DNA of 64,000 nucleotides from sequence record NZ_CP027239.1; one strand, written 5' to 3'. Shown one piece after another: positions 26,536 through 35,684 of the stretch. Below the pieces are notes generated by a model that saw only the letters and a program-made list of their open reading frames with translations, did no database searches and was not told the DNA's origin. Position 1 is the stretch's first letter; each line of letters opens with the position of its first letter. The DNA is from a plasmid. The position numbers and the translations under genes are program-made.

Positions 26536-27552
26536 TCAGGTGCCGTTGTGAGTCTCCCCGGCGCGGAGGTTCTCGTGTGGGGTGGCGCCGAACTGGCGGC
26601 GGTAGTCCGCAGAGAATCTCCCGTAGTTGTAGAACCCCCAGCGAGCGGCGACGGCCGTAGCGGTTGTGTCATGTGGGGAGGACTGGATGAGTTCGTGGCG
26701 GGCTCGCTCCAGGCGGACCCGGTGTCGGTATCGCATTGGCGTTGTGCCGACATGGCGGGTGAACCCGTCTTGGAGTGCACGGACGCTCAACGCCACTTCG
26801 CGGGCGAGATCGGAGACGGATGCGTACTCGAGCGGATTCTCCTCCAGTGCCTCGACGGCCGCGCGGATCGGTCGGGGGCCGGTGAAGCCAGATGGCGCAG
26901 CGAGCGCTTCTGTGTAGTTGCTCGGGATGGAATGGATCAGACTGCTGACGGCCATTCGACTGAGGTGGTGTGCAGTTCGCGCGCGCTCCAGGACGCTGGC
27001 CTGTCCAAGTTCCATGCGGAGCAGGGTCATTATCGATTCCAACGCGCGAAAGGTGCCGACTGGGGGGTGGGGGTCGAACCGAATCGGTTTGAGCACTGTC
27101 CGCCCGAGGGTTTGTGCGATCTCGTCATGGACCAGCTGTGGGGCAAACCGCAGGGACGTCGCACTAGTGTCACTGAAGTAGTCGACGGCCGCGTCTTCCC
27201 CCGCAGAGACGACCACGCACTGGTGGCCCTCGGTGGCGATCTCCCGGCCGCCGAGTCGCGAGACAACCTGGCCGGTCGTGGAGATTAAGACGCTGTAGAA
27301 GGGGTTCTCTGGCAGGAGCATGGACGCGGTCGAGATGGAGAAGTTAGCGAACCACAGTCCAGGAAGCTGATGCTCTTGGAACCGGACATCAACGACCCTG
27401 TTCAGCGGCGGTGAGTCGACCCGCGCGTCTGGGTAGACCTGGCTGAGCCGGGTGGACAACTCCGCAGGATCGCTTGTGGTGACTGTCACTTCGGTCGGTG
27501 TGGGGGTGTTGTCGGCCGTCGAGGTCAGATGGGCATTCATGGTGCGCGTCAC
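26536..27552 (-). CDS. AraC-family transcriptional regulator
   Basis: C-terminal double HTH '...VSDLAREVALSVRALQDGFTRHVGTTPMRYRHRVRLERARHELI...AVAARWGFYNYGRFSADYRRQFGATP'. Confidence 0.8.
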   Translation of the reverse strand: MTRTMNAHLTSTADNTPTPTEVTVTTSDPAELSTRLSQVYPDARVDSPPLNRVVDVRFQEHQLPGLWFANFSISTASMLLPENPFYSVLISTTGQVVSRLGGREIATEGHQCVVVSAGEDAAVDYFSDTSATSLRFAPQLVHDEIAQTLGRTVLKPIRFDPHPPVGTFRALESIMTLLRMELGQASVLERARTAHHLSRMAVSSLIHSIPSNYTEALAAPSGFTGPRPIRAAVEALEENPLEYASVSDLAREVALSVRALQDGFTRHVGTTPMRYRHRVRLERARHELIQSSPHDTTATAVAARWGFYNYGRFSADYRRQFGATPHENLRAGETHNGT

Positions 27553-27662
27553 CCTTGATTGGAGTGATGAGTATCACGCATCAGTGTAGTCGCGGGTGTC
27601 GCCGCCATCAGGTGACTGGCCTCCCTTTGTTAAACGGGCAGGCCGCGGGACTGCCCGGGGTG

Positions 27663-29291
27663 TCACCGCGGCAGCCGTTTCCGGCGGGGGAGGGTAGTGC
27701 CTCGGACTAGTTGTTCCGCCGAGCGCTGGCCAGATACCGCGTTGACCCCTGCACCTGGCCACGTCGATGCGCCGGCGAGGTAGAGCCCGTCTATTGGCGT
27801 GCGGTAGCGCGACAGTGACATCGAGGGCCGCATGCCGATGAACTGGTCGAGGTGATGGCTGCCCGAGACCGAGTCCCCGCCGTGGAGGTTGGCGTTGCCG
27901 GATTGCAGGTCGCTAGGGCTCTCCGCCGCATGTCCGATGACTGACTCAGTGACTCCGGGAGCGTAACGTTCGAGTTTCTCCAGGATTCGCTGGACGAACG
28001 GCTCGGTCGCTTCGTCCCACGACCGGCCGGTGAGGTCGCCACCGGCGCCGTGCGGATTCGCGTCACCGGTGATCTCAGCGGGGACCATCCGGACTTGAAT
28101 CCACACCGCGTGAAGCCGATCGTCCTCGCTGGTGTTGCGGCTCGGGTCGACGGTACTTGTTTGTCCGACCACTAACAGCGGTTCGTCAGGAAGAACCCCG
28201 GCGAGGGCCTGTTGGTAGGTGCGGGCCATGTCGTCGACGTAGGGCCCAAGATGCACGTAGGCCGAGTCCGCGAGACGACTGTCTTGCCATGGAATCGGAC
28301 CCGAGAGTGCAAGGTGAAGCATGAAGGTCCCGGGCCCAAAGCGGAAGTTGTCGGCGGCGAGAGCCATCGAGGAAGGCACCGGCTGGTTGCGGAGCAGGCG
28401 GTGGACCACGGCCGGCAGCGTGGCAGTGGACAGGATGCCGTGACGGGCGGTGATGTGTTCCCCGTCTGCGAGTCGAACACCCTGGACACGCCCGCTTGCC
28501 ACTTGGATCGACTCCACGGCCTTGCCGGTGTGGATAGGCACACCGCGGGTGGAGAGCATTGCGGCCAGCGCACGGGGAAGGTTGGAAGCCCCTCCTTTGA
28601 CTACATTCATTCCGTGTTCGGCATCGGCGTACATCTCCAGCAGTGGGAAGATCGCCCCGGCCGCGACATCGGGAGCGAAATCGACGTGCATGCCCCATGC
28701 TGCGGCCATTGATCGGGCCTCTGGAGATGCGAAGTATCTCTCGCCCAGCGAGCGGGTAGTGGAGGTCATGACCTGCAGGAGTTCGGACACGCTGGTGTGC
28801 TGCCGTTTGAAGAGCACCGAACGGATCACTGACGCGGTGCTGCGCGACGGGAAGACGTTGCTGGATAGCGGGCCGTAACTGCTGGCAACGTCGGCGAATA
28901 CCTCGCTCAGGCGACGCCAGCCCTTGGCATCCCCTGGATCGTGCTCCTCCCACATGCGCTGGTTCTCGTCGGCGTCGTCGGAGATCCGGATACTGGGTGC
29001 GTTGGGAAACGCCGAGGCATACGCGTGGCGACAGTGTGAGAACTCGAGACCGGCCGAGGACAGCTCATCACCGTAAGTGGCATAAAACGGTGAACCGAGG
29101 AAGAGGTTCATGTTCATGGCGTAGCGGTCGTGCACGAGACCGGGGCGCACTAGTTCACTGCTGCGGACCGCGCCGCCGATCTCGTCAGCCGCCTCCACCA
29201 CAACGACCTTCAAACCCGCATCGGCGAGCGTGATGGCAGCGACAAGGCCCTGGTGGCCTGCACCGATGACGACGACGTCGGTTGTGGGCAT
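27663..29291 (-). CDS. CrtI/phytoene-desaturase-family FAD-dependent oxidoreductase (intact paralog)
   Basis: Start ATG 29291 (MPTTDVVVIGAGHQGLVAAITLADAGLKVVVVEAADEIGG). C-terminus 'GLYLAGASTWPGAGVNAVSGQ'. The upstream 63 codons of the ORF are junk. Confidence 0.75.
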   Translation of the reverse strand: MPTTDVVVIGAGHQGLVAAITLADAGLKVVVVEAADEIGGAVRSSELVRPGLVHDRYAMNMNLFLGSPFYATYGDELSSAGLEFSHCRHAYASAFPNAPSIRISDDADENQRMWEEHDPGDAKGWRRLSEVFADVASSYGPLSSNVFPSRSTASVIRSVLFKRQHTSVSELLQVMTSTTRSLGERYFASPEARSMAAAWGMHVDFAPDVAAGAIFPLLEMYADAEHGMNVVKGGASNLPRALAAMLSTRGVPIHTGKAVESIQVASGRVQGVRLADGEHITARHGILSTATLPAVVHRLLRNQPVPSSMALAADNFRFGPGTFMLHLALSGPIPWQDSRLADSAYVHLGPYVDDMARTYQQALAGVLPDEPLLVVGQTSTVDPSRNTSEDDRLHAVWIQVRMVPAEITGDANPHGAGGDLTGRSWDEATEPFVQRILEKLERYAPGVTESVIGHAAESPSDLQSGNANLHGGDSVSGSHHLDQFIGMRPSMSLSRYRTPIDGLYLAGASTWPGAGVNAVSGQRSAEQLVRGTTLPRRKRLPR

Positions 29292-29397
29292 CAAGATGTC
29301 TCTGTTCTGCGCTGGTGACCGCAGGGCGGTCGACGGTGGTGAATGTACTGGGTGCTCTGGCGTGGCTGCGCTGGGGCAGCCACGCCAGAGGCTGGTA

Positions 29398-30258
29398 TCA
29401 ACGCCAGTCGGCGAGATTGTCGGCGAGGTAGTCGGAGAAGGTTCGCGCCGGTCGTCCGGTGAAGCGTCGCACCGTATCAATGCGAGGGTTCAACAGGCCG
29501 GTGTCGTACATGAAATGCAGTCCGACCAATGAGTCGGCGACCCATCCGGGAACGCCGTCAGCAACGAAATTGGCGCGCGCTTCATCAACTGAGACCTTGC
29601 GATACTCAATGCTTGTGTCGAGCGCCTCGGCCACCTGGGCGGCGCACCCCGAGTAGGTGACTTCCTCGGGACCGGTGATGAGGATGGTCTCGTTCTGGTG
29701 GTTGTTCTCGAGCAGGACCTGGGCGGCAACTGCGCCGACGTCGCGAACATCAATCATGGTGATTCCGGCGTCAGGCCGCACGGCGGCCTCCATGATCCCG
29801 TTCGCTCGGATGCGACCGGCGAACTGCACGGCCATGCTCTGCATGAACGAATGTGGGTGCAGGATGGTGTAGTCCAGCCCGCTGGCGGCGATGTAGCGGT
29901 CGTTGACGACGTGCCAGCGGCTGAATCCGCAGGGCGAGTCGTCTGCGGCCGTGTAGACCGACAGCTTCACAATGCTGTCGACACCGGACTCTACGGCTGC
30001 GTCGACGAGTTTGTTCTGAACTTCGACCTGATCTTCGGCCGGCGGGGTCAACATGAACAAGCTGGTGACTCCCTGCATGAAGTCACGGACGTCCTCGTCG
30101 TTACGAACGTCGCCAATTACGACCTGCACGTTGTCGCCGCTCAGTTTCTGTGCCGATTCGGGACTGTGCGCGAGGGCCTTCACCGGGACATTAGCCGCGG
30201 TCAATACCTCCATCAATGGTGCGCCGACCTGACCTGTGGAACCGATAACCCCGATCAT
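29398..30258 (-). CDS. NmrA-like / atypical SDR NAD(P)-binding protein
   Basis: 'MIGVIGSTGQVGAPLMEVL' Rossmann motif at N-terminus (ATG 30258). About 286 aa. Confidence 0.65.
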   Translation of the reverse strand: MIGVIGSTGQVGAPLMEVLTAANVPVKALAHSPESAQKLSGDNVQVVIGDVRNDEDVRDFMQGVTSLFMLTPPAEDQVEVQNKLVDAAVESGVDSIVKLSVYTAADDSPCGFSRWHVVNDRYIAASGLDYTILHPHSFMQSMAVQFAGRIRANGIMEAAVRPDAGITMIDVRDVGAVAAQVLLENNHQNETILITGPEEVTYSGCAAQVAEALDTSIEYRKVSVDEARANFVADGVPGWVADSLVGLHFMYDTGLLNPRIDTVRRFTGRPARTFSDYLADNLADWR

Positions 30259-30377
30259 GGGATTCCTTTCGTTGCCGTGGCGGCTTGCCACGGATTGGTC
30301 CGCAGAATGCGAACCGCGTGTAGTGGATGAGTGTGCTTAGTTCGGTTAGAGGGCCGGCCGCTTTTTCCGGCCCGTGG

Positions 30378-31871
30378 TCACGTGACCGGTGCCGTTATCG
30401 CGTGCGCCGCCGACGGCCGCAGTGTATGAGAAAGCGCGTCGGCTGCTTCGGCGCCCGCACAGGTGGAGTCTTGGGTGTGAGTGGCCCAGGCGACGTAGCC
30501 GTCGGGGCGGACGAGCGCCGCGGTGACTGCCGTCCAGCCGGCTGTATCGATTGCGTCTGCATCAGCGGCTACCGTGTGCACATCCTCGAGACCTTCGAGT
30601 GTGAGGTCGTCGCGATGAAGCAGCACAAAGCGGGGACGATCGAGCTGATCGAAGAGGCTCTGTCCGGCAGGACTGGTGAGCTGCACGTCGGGAGCGCGGG
30701 TGCCAACGATGGGAAGAGAACCCTCGGGCGCCAGGTAGCGCACTGCCAGCCCCGACAAGCGTAGGGCGAGTTCGTAGTTCATCTCTGTCACCGAGCCAAT
30801 GAGGTCGTTAGTCAGTGTGCGTAGACCTTGATCGCCCGGGGCGAAGGCTTTGATTACTGCGGTCTGAGCCTGACTGGTGGTCATCAGTGCTTGCCCGACA
30901 GGGTGGCGATCTGCGTGATAGCCCTCGAGGAGGTCTTCGTCGGCCGTTCCGTTGATGACGTGACCGAGCCGCCAGCCAAGGTTCAGCGCGTCCTGCAGGC
31001 CGATGTTGAGTCCGACTCCGCCAGCGGGGTAGTGAATGTGCGCTGAGTCGCCGGCCACGAAAACCCGCCCGTTTCGGTACTGCGACGCGAGCCGCGACGC
31101 GTCCCCGAACCGGGTCAACCAGACGGGGTCACGCATGCCGAAATCGTCTCCGGCCGTCCGGATCACCGTCTCTCGGAACTCGTCGAATTCGAGCGGGCCC
31201 TGTGGATCTTGGCGGGCAAGGTCGATGCCTGACACTCGATAGAAGCCACCGGGAACCGGTGCGACGAAGATGGCGCCGTGTTCACCGTGGCGAACGAAGC
31301 CGCGCTCGGGCGGAGAGTCGAGGTAGACCTCGCCGAGGAAGGACCAAAAGGTGACCTCTGAGCCGGGAAAGTCGATGCCGGCCGATTCGCGGACCACACT
31401 TCGGCCGCCATCACAGCCGACCAGGTACTCGACCTGTTCGGTGTAGTGCCCGTCGGGGCCATCGACCTCCAGCGTCACCTCATCGGCGGACTGACTGGCT
31501 GAGATGACTCGGTGCTCACGACGCAGTTCCGCGCCGGCCGAAAGGGCTGCGGATTCGAGCGTGTTCTCGGTGCCGACCTGCGGGTAGGCCAGCACGAATG
31601 CGTATGGGCTCGGCAGTTTGGAGTAGTCGATGCTGTTCGGCAGCATGGCGTAGTGGTGCCGGGGCAGCCTGATGCCGCCAGCGAGCATGTCGTCGGCCAA
31701 TCCGCGCATGGTGAGGATCTCGATCGTCCGGGCGTGGATGCCGAGGGCCTTGGAATAGGGAGAGCGTTCAGCTGCTGCTTCCAGCACGACTGTGCGCACT
31801 CCCTGCATCTGCAGTTCCCGGGCGAGCATGAGCCCGACGGGGCCGGCTCCGGCGATGGCTACTGTGGTCAC
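30378..31871 (-). CDS. FAD-dependent aromatic-ring monooxygenase (PheA/TfdB-like)
   Basis: GTG 31871 with RBS AGGAAG. 'VTTVAIAGAGPVGLMLARELQ', 'DGGRSVVRE', 'VAGDSAHIHYPAGGVGLNIGLQDALNLGWRL'. N-terminal 120 codons of ORF 30378..32237 are Arg-rich junk. Confidence 0.75.
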   Translation of the reverse strand: MTTVAIAGAGPVGLMLARELQMQGVRTVVLEAAAERSPYSKALGIHARTIEILTMRGLADDMLAGGIRLPRHHYAMLPNSIDYSKLPSPYAFVLAYPQVGTENTLESAALSAGAELRREHRVISASQSADEVTLEVDGPDGHYTEQVEYLVGCDGGRSVVRESAGIDFPGSEVTFWSFLGEVYLDSPPERGFVRHGEHGAIFVAPVPGGFYRVSGIDLARQDPQGPLEFDEFRETVIRTAGDDFGMRDPVWLTRFGDASRLASQYRNGRVFVAGDSAHIHYPAGGVGLNIGLQDALNLGWRLGHVINGTADEDLLEGYHADRHPVGQALMTTSQAQTAVIKAFAPGDQGLRTLTNDLIGSVTEMNYELALRLSGLAVRYLAPEGSLPIVGTRAPDVQLTSPAGQSLFDQLDRPRFVLLHRDDLTLEGLEDVHTVAADADAIDTAGWTAVTAALVRPDGYVAWATHTQDSTCAGAEAADALSHTLRPSAAHAITAPVT

Positions 31872-31953
31872 GGCGTTCTTCCTTTTCGCAGGACGCCTCA
31901 CCCGACTGCGCCTCGTAGCGCGCAGTCGAGTAGAGGTGTGGCGGTGGGTCGCT

Positions 31954-33489
31954 TCAGGTAGTGGGAGAGACGGGGTCGCGGAGTTCTCGTTTGAGGAGTT
32001 TCCCGCTCTGGTTCCTGGGTAGGGCATTGACGAAGTGGATCGACTTGGGCACCTTGAACGGCGCCAGCAGGGTCTTCGCGTGCCCGGTGAGTTCGGTGTC
32101 GCTGACCTGCTGGTCGTCCCGGACCACGACGAAGGCGGTGACCGCTTCGATCCAGCGGTCATCGGGTATTCCAACGACCGCAACCTCGGCGACCGCGGGG
32201 TGCTCGTAGAGGGCCTCCTCGACCTCGCGGGGTGCAATCATCACGCCGCCGGAGTTGATGACGTCCGAGAGGCGATCGACGACAGTGATGTACCCGTCGG
32301 CATCTTTGGTGACCAGGTCGCCGGAGTGGAACCATCCGTCGCGGAAAGCTCGCTCGGTGGCTTCAGGGTTGTTCCAGTAGCCCAAGCACAACTGCGGCGA
32401 CTGGTAGAGCACCTCCCCGGGCTCCCCGGGTTGGACGTCGTTCCCGGAGTCGTCGACGACCCGAGTGGTGACGAACAGGACCGATCGTCCGCACGATGCT
32501 GGCCGGGCGTCGTGTTCCTCAGGACGCAGCACGGAGGCCAGCGGGCCGATCTCGCTTTGGCCGAAGCAGTTGTAGAAGCCAGCGTTCGGCAGTGCCCGCC
32601 GCAGTTTCGCTAGCACTGGTGTGGGCATGATCGATGCGCCGTACTGCGCCTTTCGCAGTGCGCCGAGATCCCGGCGCGAAAGATCAGGGTGCTGGGAGAG
32701 CGGCACCCACACGGTCGGCGCCAGGAACAGGGAGGTGATCTGATCCTCTTCGATGCGACGGAGGATCAGCTCGATATCCGGCTTCCGGAGGAGTCGGATT
32801 GTCGTTCCGAGCATCAGGTACGGGACCGTGAAGATATGCATCCCGGCCGAGTGATACAACGGCATGCACACCAGCGGGCGATCCTGCTCGGTGAAGTCCA
32901 GCGCAGTGATCGTGGAGATGTACTCGCTGATCAGCGCCTGGTGGGACATCATCGCCCCTTTTGGACGTGAGGTCGTTCCCGAGGTGTACAGCAGCTGGAC
33001 CAGATCACCGGGGGAGGCGGGGCTCTGCCACTGCGGTGCTGAGCCGCGCTGAAGTTCCTCGGTGTCCAGTATCCCGTTTTCGCGATCTGAGAATTCCAAC
33101 ACCTGTAGGGCGCGATCGGCGATGACAGAGCGTACGAGCGGTGTGAGATCCGGATCGGCGACAATGGCTGCCGCACCGGAATCGGTGATCAAGTACTCGA
33201 GTTCCCTGCCGGTCAGTGCGTTGTTGATAGGGACATGCACCACTCCCGCCCGCGAGCACGCCAGATACAGCATGACGTAGAACGCGGAGTTGCCGCCGAA
33301 CGCCGCGACTCGGTCGCCCCGGTTCAGACCGAGCCGATGCAGGCGTGAGGTGACAACATCAACGGCGCGGTCAAACTCCTGGTAGGTCCACACCTGACCC
33401 TCGAACTCGATCGCCTCGCCGTCCGGGCTTCGCGATGCAGTCCGGCGCAGCAACCCGTCGACCGTGTGCGAGCGTGGATCTGAATACAT
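31954..33489 (-). CDS. AMP-dependent synthetase/ligase (acyl-CoA ligase family)
   Basis: 'LLYTSGTTSRPKGAMMSHQAL' AMP-binding signature. RBS AGGAGA. 511 aa. Confidence 0.8.
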   Translation of the reverse strand: MYSDPRSHTVDGLLRRTASRSPDGEAIEFEGQVWTYQEFDRAVDVVTSRLHRLGLNRGDRVAAFGGNSAFYVMLYLACSRAGVVHVPINNALTGRELEYLITDSGAAAIVADPDLTPLVRSVIADRALQVLEFSDRENGILDTEELQRGSAPQWQSPASPGDLVQLLYTSGTTSRPKGAMMSHQALISEYISTITALDFTEQDRPLVCMPLYHSAGMHIFTVPYLMLGTTIRLLRKPDIELILRRIEEDQITSLFLAPTVWVPLSQHPDLSRRDLGALRKAQYGASIMPTPVLAKLRRALPNAGFYNCFGQSEIGPLASVLRPEEHDARPASCGRSVLFVTTRVVDDSGNDVQPGEPGEVLYQSPQLCLGYWNNPEATERAFRDGWFHSGDLVTKDADGYITVVDRLSDVINSGGVMIAPREVEEALYEHPAVAEVAVVGIPDDRWIEAVTAFVVVRDDQQVSDTELTGHAKTLLAPFKVPKSIHFVNALPRNQSGKLLKRELRDPVSPTT

Positions 33490-33648
33490 CTGGTTTCTCC
33501 TGCAAATTCGGCGAATCCGGCAGGGTACGGGTGGGCCGGAGCCGAGTCGCTCGCTCAGGGAACGACCAGCGTCAGCTCACCCGCACCCTGCAGGTCGGTC
33601 GAGTGGGGTGGAGCACAGCGGGCTGGTGGTAAGCCCGCAGGCTGGGAG

Positions 33649-34677
33649 TCAGTACGTACCGCGGTCCCGCGTCTCGAACAGTCGGCGGGGATTCGCGACC
33701 GTAATCTGGTGGATCTGGTCATCGGTCACCCCGGCCTCCTGCAGCTGGGGAATGATGCGGCGCAGCACGGTTGTGTACGTCGGGTGCTGCCGCTCCGGCA
33801 TGGGGCCCAGATCATGGAACGTGGAGTCATCCTGCGAAATGAGGATCTGTTCGAGATAGCCACGATCGATCAGTCCAGTAATGCGCTCGACGCGCGTCTT
33901 CTGGATCGCATTGCGGTAGTCCTCGGGCCATTGGTAATCGAGCGCGGAAGTGTCGAACGACAGGAACGAGCCCTTCTTCGCGACGGCCTCGAACTCCTCG
34001 AGTTCAACCGACGGATCCGTCCAGTCGACGTGACCGAATTTCACACGACTGACATCGACGTCGAGCTGTTCGAGGTAGTCCTGCTGGTCCTGGGCCACGC
34101 GGATTCCCAGCCCGATACCAGTGTGGGTCACGATGGGCACGCCAGTGCGACGGTGGGCTTCTGCAGCATGGCGCATCACCAACTTCACACCGTCCATCAA
34201 GCCATGGTGATCACTGGTGATCTTGATGGTGCCTGCCCGCACACCAGTGTCGAGAATCCCTTCCTCGATGTCTTTCACGAACAAGTCAGCCAGGGACGGC
34301 CATGTCGTTGCTGCTGTCTCGGGCAGCATGTCCATGAGCATGAATGGATGCGGGGCATCGGTCCACGTGTACCACCCGGTAGGCACGATGATATTGACGC
34401 TGGTCCTCTGCGCGATCTCCTTGAGCAATCGAACATCACGCCCGGCGCCGGGGATCACGCGGTCACTGATCGTGTCGATGCCAGCAGATTTGGCGTGCTC
34501 GAGCTGCTTCGCGGCTTCGGAGATGCGCTCCTCCCGTGCAATGGAAGCGAAGCCCATCTGCGGCCAATTGGCCTCGACCTCAGCCGTTCGAGGCCCAATC
34601 ACACACTCAGTGACGAGCGTGAAACCTAGGTCACTGGAGTCGATCTCGTCACCGCGAGCAGTAGGGATCTTGGTCAT
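33649..34677 (-). CDS. phosphotriesterase (PTE)-family amidohydrolase with altered metal-binding motif
   Basis: Aligns to PTE along its length: 'GFTLVTECVIG' vs PTE 'GFTLTHEHICG'; 'IKITSD' (carbamylated Lys); 'HTGIG'; 'FGHVDW'; 'ISQDD'. First HxH is replaced by TxC. RBS AAGGAG at ATG 34677. Confidence 0.65.
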   Translation of the reverse strand: MTKIPTARGDEIDSSDLGFTLVTECVIGPRTAEVEANWPQMGFASIAREERISEAAKQLEHAKSAGIDTISDRVIPGAGRDVRLLKEIAQRTSVNIIVPTGWYTWTDAPHPFMLMDMLPETAATTWPSLADLFVKDIEEGILDTGVRAGTIKITSDHHGLMDGVKLVMRHAAEAHRRTGVPIVTHTGIGLGIRVAQDQQDYLEQLDVDVSRVKFGHVDWTDPSVELEEFEAVAKKGSFLSFDTSALDYQWPEDYRNAIQKTRVERITGLIDRGYLEQILISQDDSTFHDLGPMPERQHPTYTTVLRRIIPQLQEAGVTDDQIHQITVANPRRLFETRDRGTY

Positions 34678-35080
34678 GAAATACTCCTTGTCGTTCCCAG
34701 CGAACACCGCGGGATCTAGACGATTGGCCCGGCGACAAACGACGATCACGATCTGAATCGGACCTGCTCAGTAGCCGTACAAAGACCATAGGAGCCGGAG
34801 TGATAGGCATCACAGCCGATAAGCGCACGCAAACGGCCAGTTTCCGTAGCGCCGATCGGCGCCCGACCATTCGGGTTAGCCCTGCCGTGTTCTGCCGCAT
34901 CCAGCCGAATGGTGTCTCGGCGCAGCGGAAGCCTTCGCGCACGACATGACCCAGCTCGCGGAAGATACGTGTGACGCGGTGTCCGGCCATGCCGGCGGCC
35001 GCGTGTGGATCGTCAAGCGTATCGATGATGATCGGCGAGCAGTTCAGGCCGCCGTGGGACCGGCGGCAATTGCCGGCCGC

Positions 35081-35381
35081 TCACGGTTGGTAACGGGCGA
35101 GGTGGTCGTGGCGGGCGAGCCAGCGCTCTAGCGGGATGGACACCAGCGGCGGGATCGCCGCGAGGACGGCCTGGAGAGCGATCCAACACTTCCAGCGCAG
35201 AACGACCGCGGCGACGATCGTCACGGCGAGGAAGGCGACGCCATGAAGCGTCCCGAAGATCTTCACGCCGACCTCGGTCGTCCTAGTGACATATTTGAGG
35301 AAACATGCCGACGAGCAACCCGGTCCAGGTGGCGGCTTCGACAAGGGCGACCGTCGCAAAGACGCGGCCACTCTGCGTCAC
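35081..35381 (-). pseudogene. DUF3817-family small membrane protein with apparent +1 frameshift
   Basis: GTG 35381 frame gives 'VTQSGRVFATVALVEAATWTGLLVGMF' then a stop. The C-terminal two-thirds 'LKYVTRTTEVGVKIFGTLHGVAFLAVTIV...' continues in another frame (ORF 35081..35371). Junction is near 35300 (atgTTTcctc). Could also be a sequencing error. Confidence 0.45.
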
Positions 35382-35388
35382 CCCTCAT

Positions 35389-35487
35389 TGTCACCGGCTG
35401 TCAGTGGCTAGGATTCTGCCAATCTCGTGACAATTGACGCCTGACAGGCAGGTGACAAAGTACTGGTGGACTGGAAGCCCACTGACA
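35389..35487. promoter_or_regulatory. cluster of six [C/G]TGACA / TGTCA[C/G] hexamers upstream of the integrase gene
   Basis: TGTCAC 35389, TGTCAG 35399, then GTGACA 35427, CTGACA 35441, GTGACA 35452, CTGACA 35482. Same hexamer family as the TGTCAG repeats at 21713-21759. Confidence 0.45.
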
Positions 35488-35507
35488 AGCTGCTTGAGAA
35501 CCGACAC

Positions 35508-35534
35508 ACCGTATACCCCCCGGGGGTATGCGGT
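35508..35534. promoter_or_regulatory. GC-rich palindrome ACCGTATACCCCC-c-GGGGGTATGCGGT
   Basis: 13-bp arms with 1 mismatch, 150 bp upstream of the integrase start. Candidate att core or operator. Confidence 0.35.
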
Positions 35535-35684
35535 TCGGGTCCGTGAGCACTACGCGCCGCCGCGGTTGCCGCTCCGCGTTGCCGGCTTCCACGCCGCCGT
35601 CGCCTGAGCCCCGACGCCCGGGCCACTCGGCGGGTCCACCGGTTACGGTTATCTGAGAATCCGTAGGTCGCCTCGAGGAGCCGC

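Noticed and set aside
34649-35131. ORFs 34649..34990(-) and 34946..35131(+) between the PTE-like gene and DUF3817
   Set aside because: No motifs. They overlap the 5' UTR/RBS of the PTE-like gene. They could be a degraded remnant gene but cannot be supported.
35525-35545. tRNA T-arm-like GGTTCGGGTCC near the integrase, as a possible tRNA attachment site
   Set aside because: No acceptor stem, anticodon arm or full cloverleaf could be built by eye from flanking sequence. Would need tRNAscan-SE/ARAGORN to exclude a tRNA fragment.
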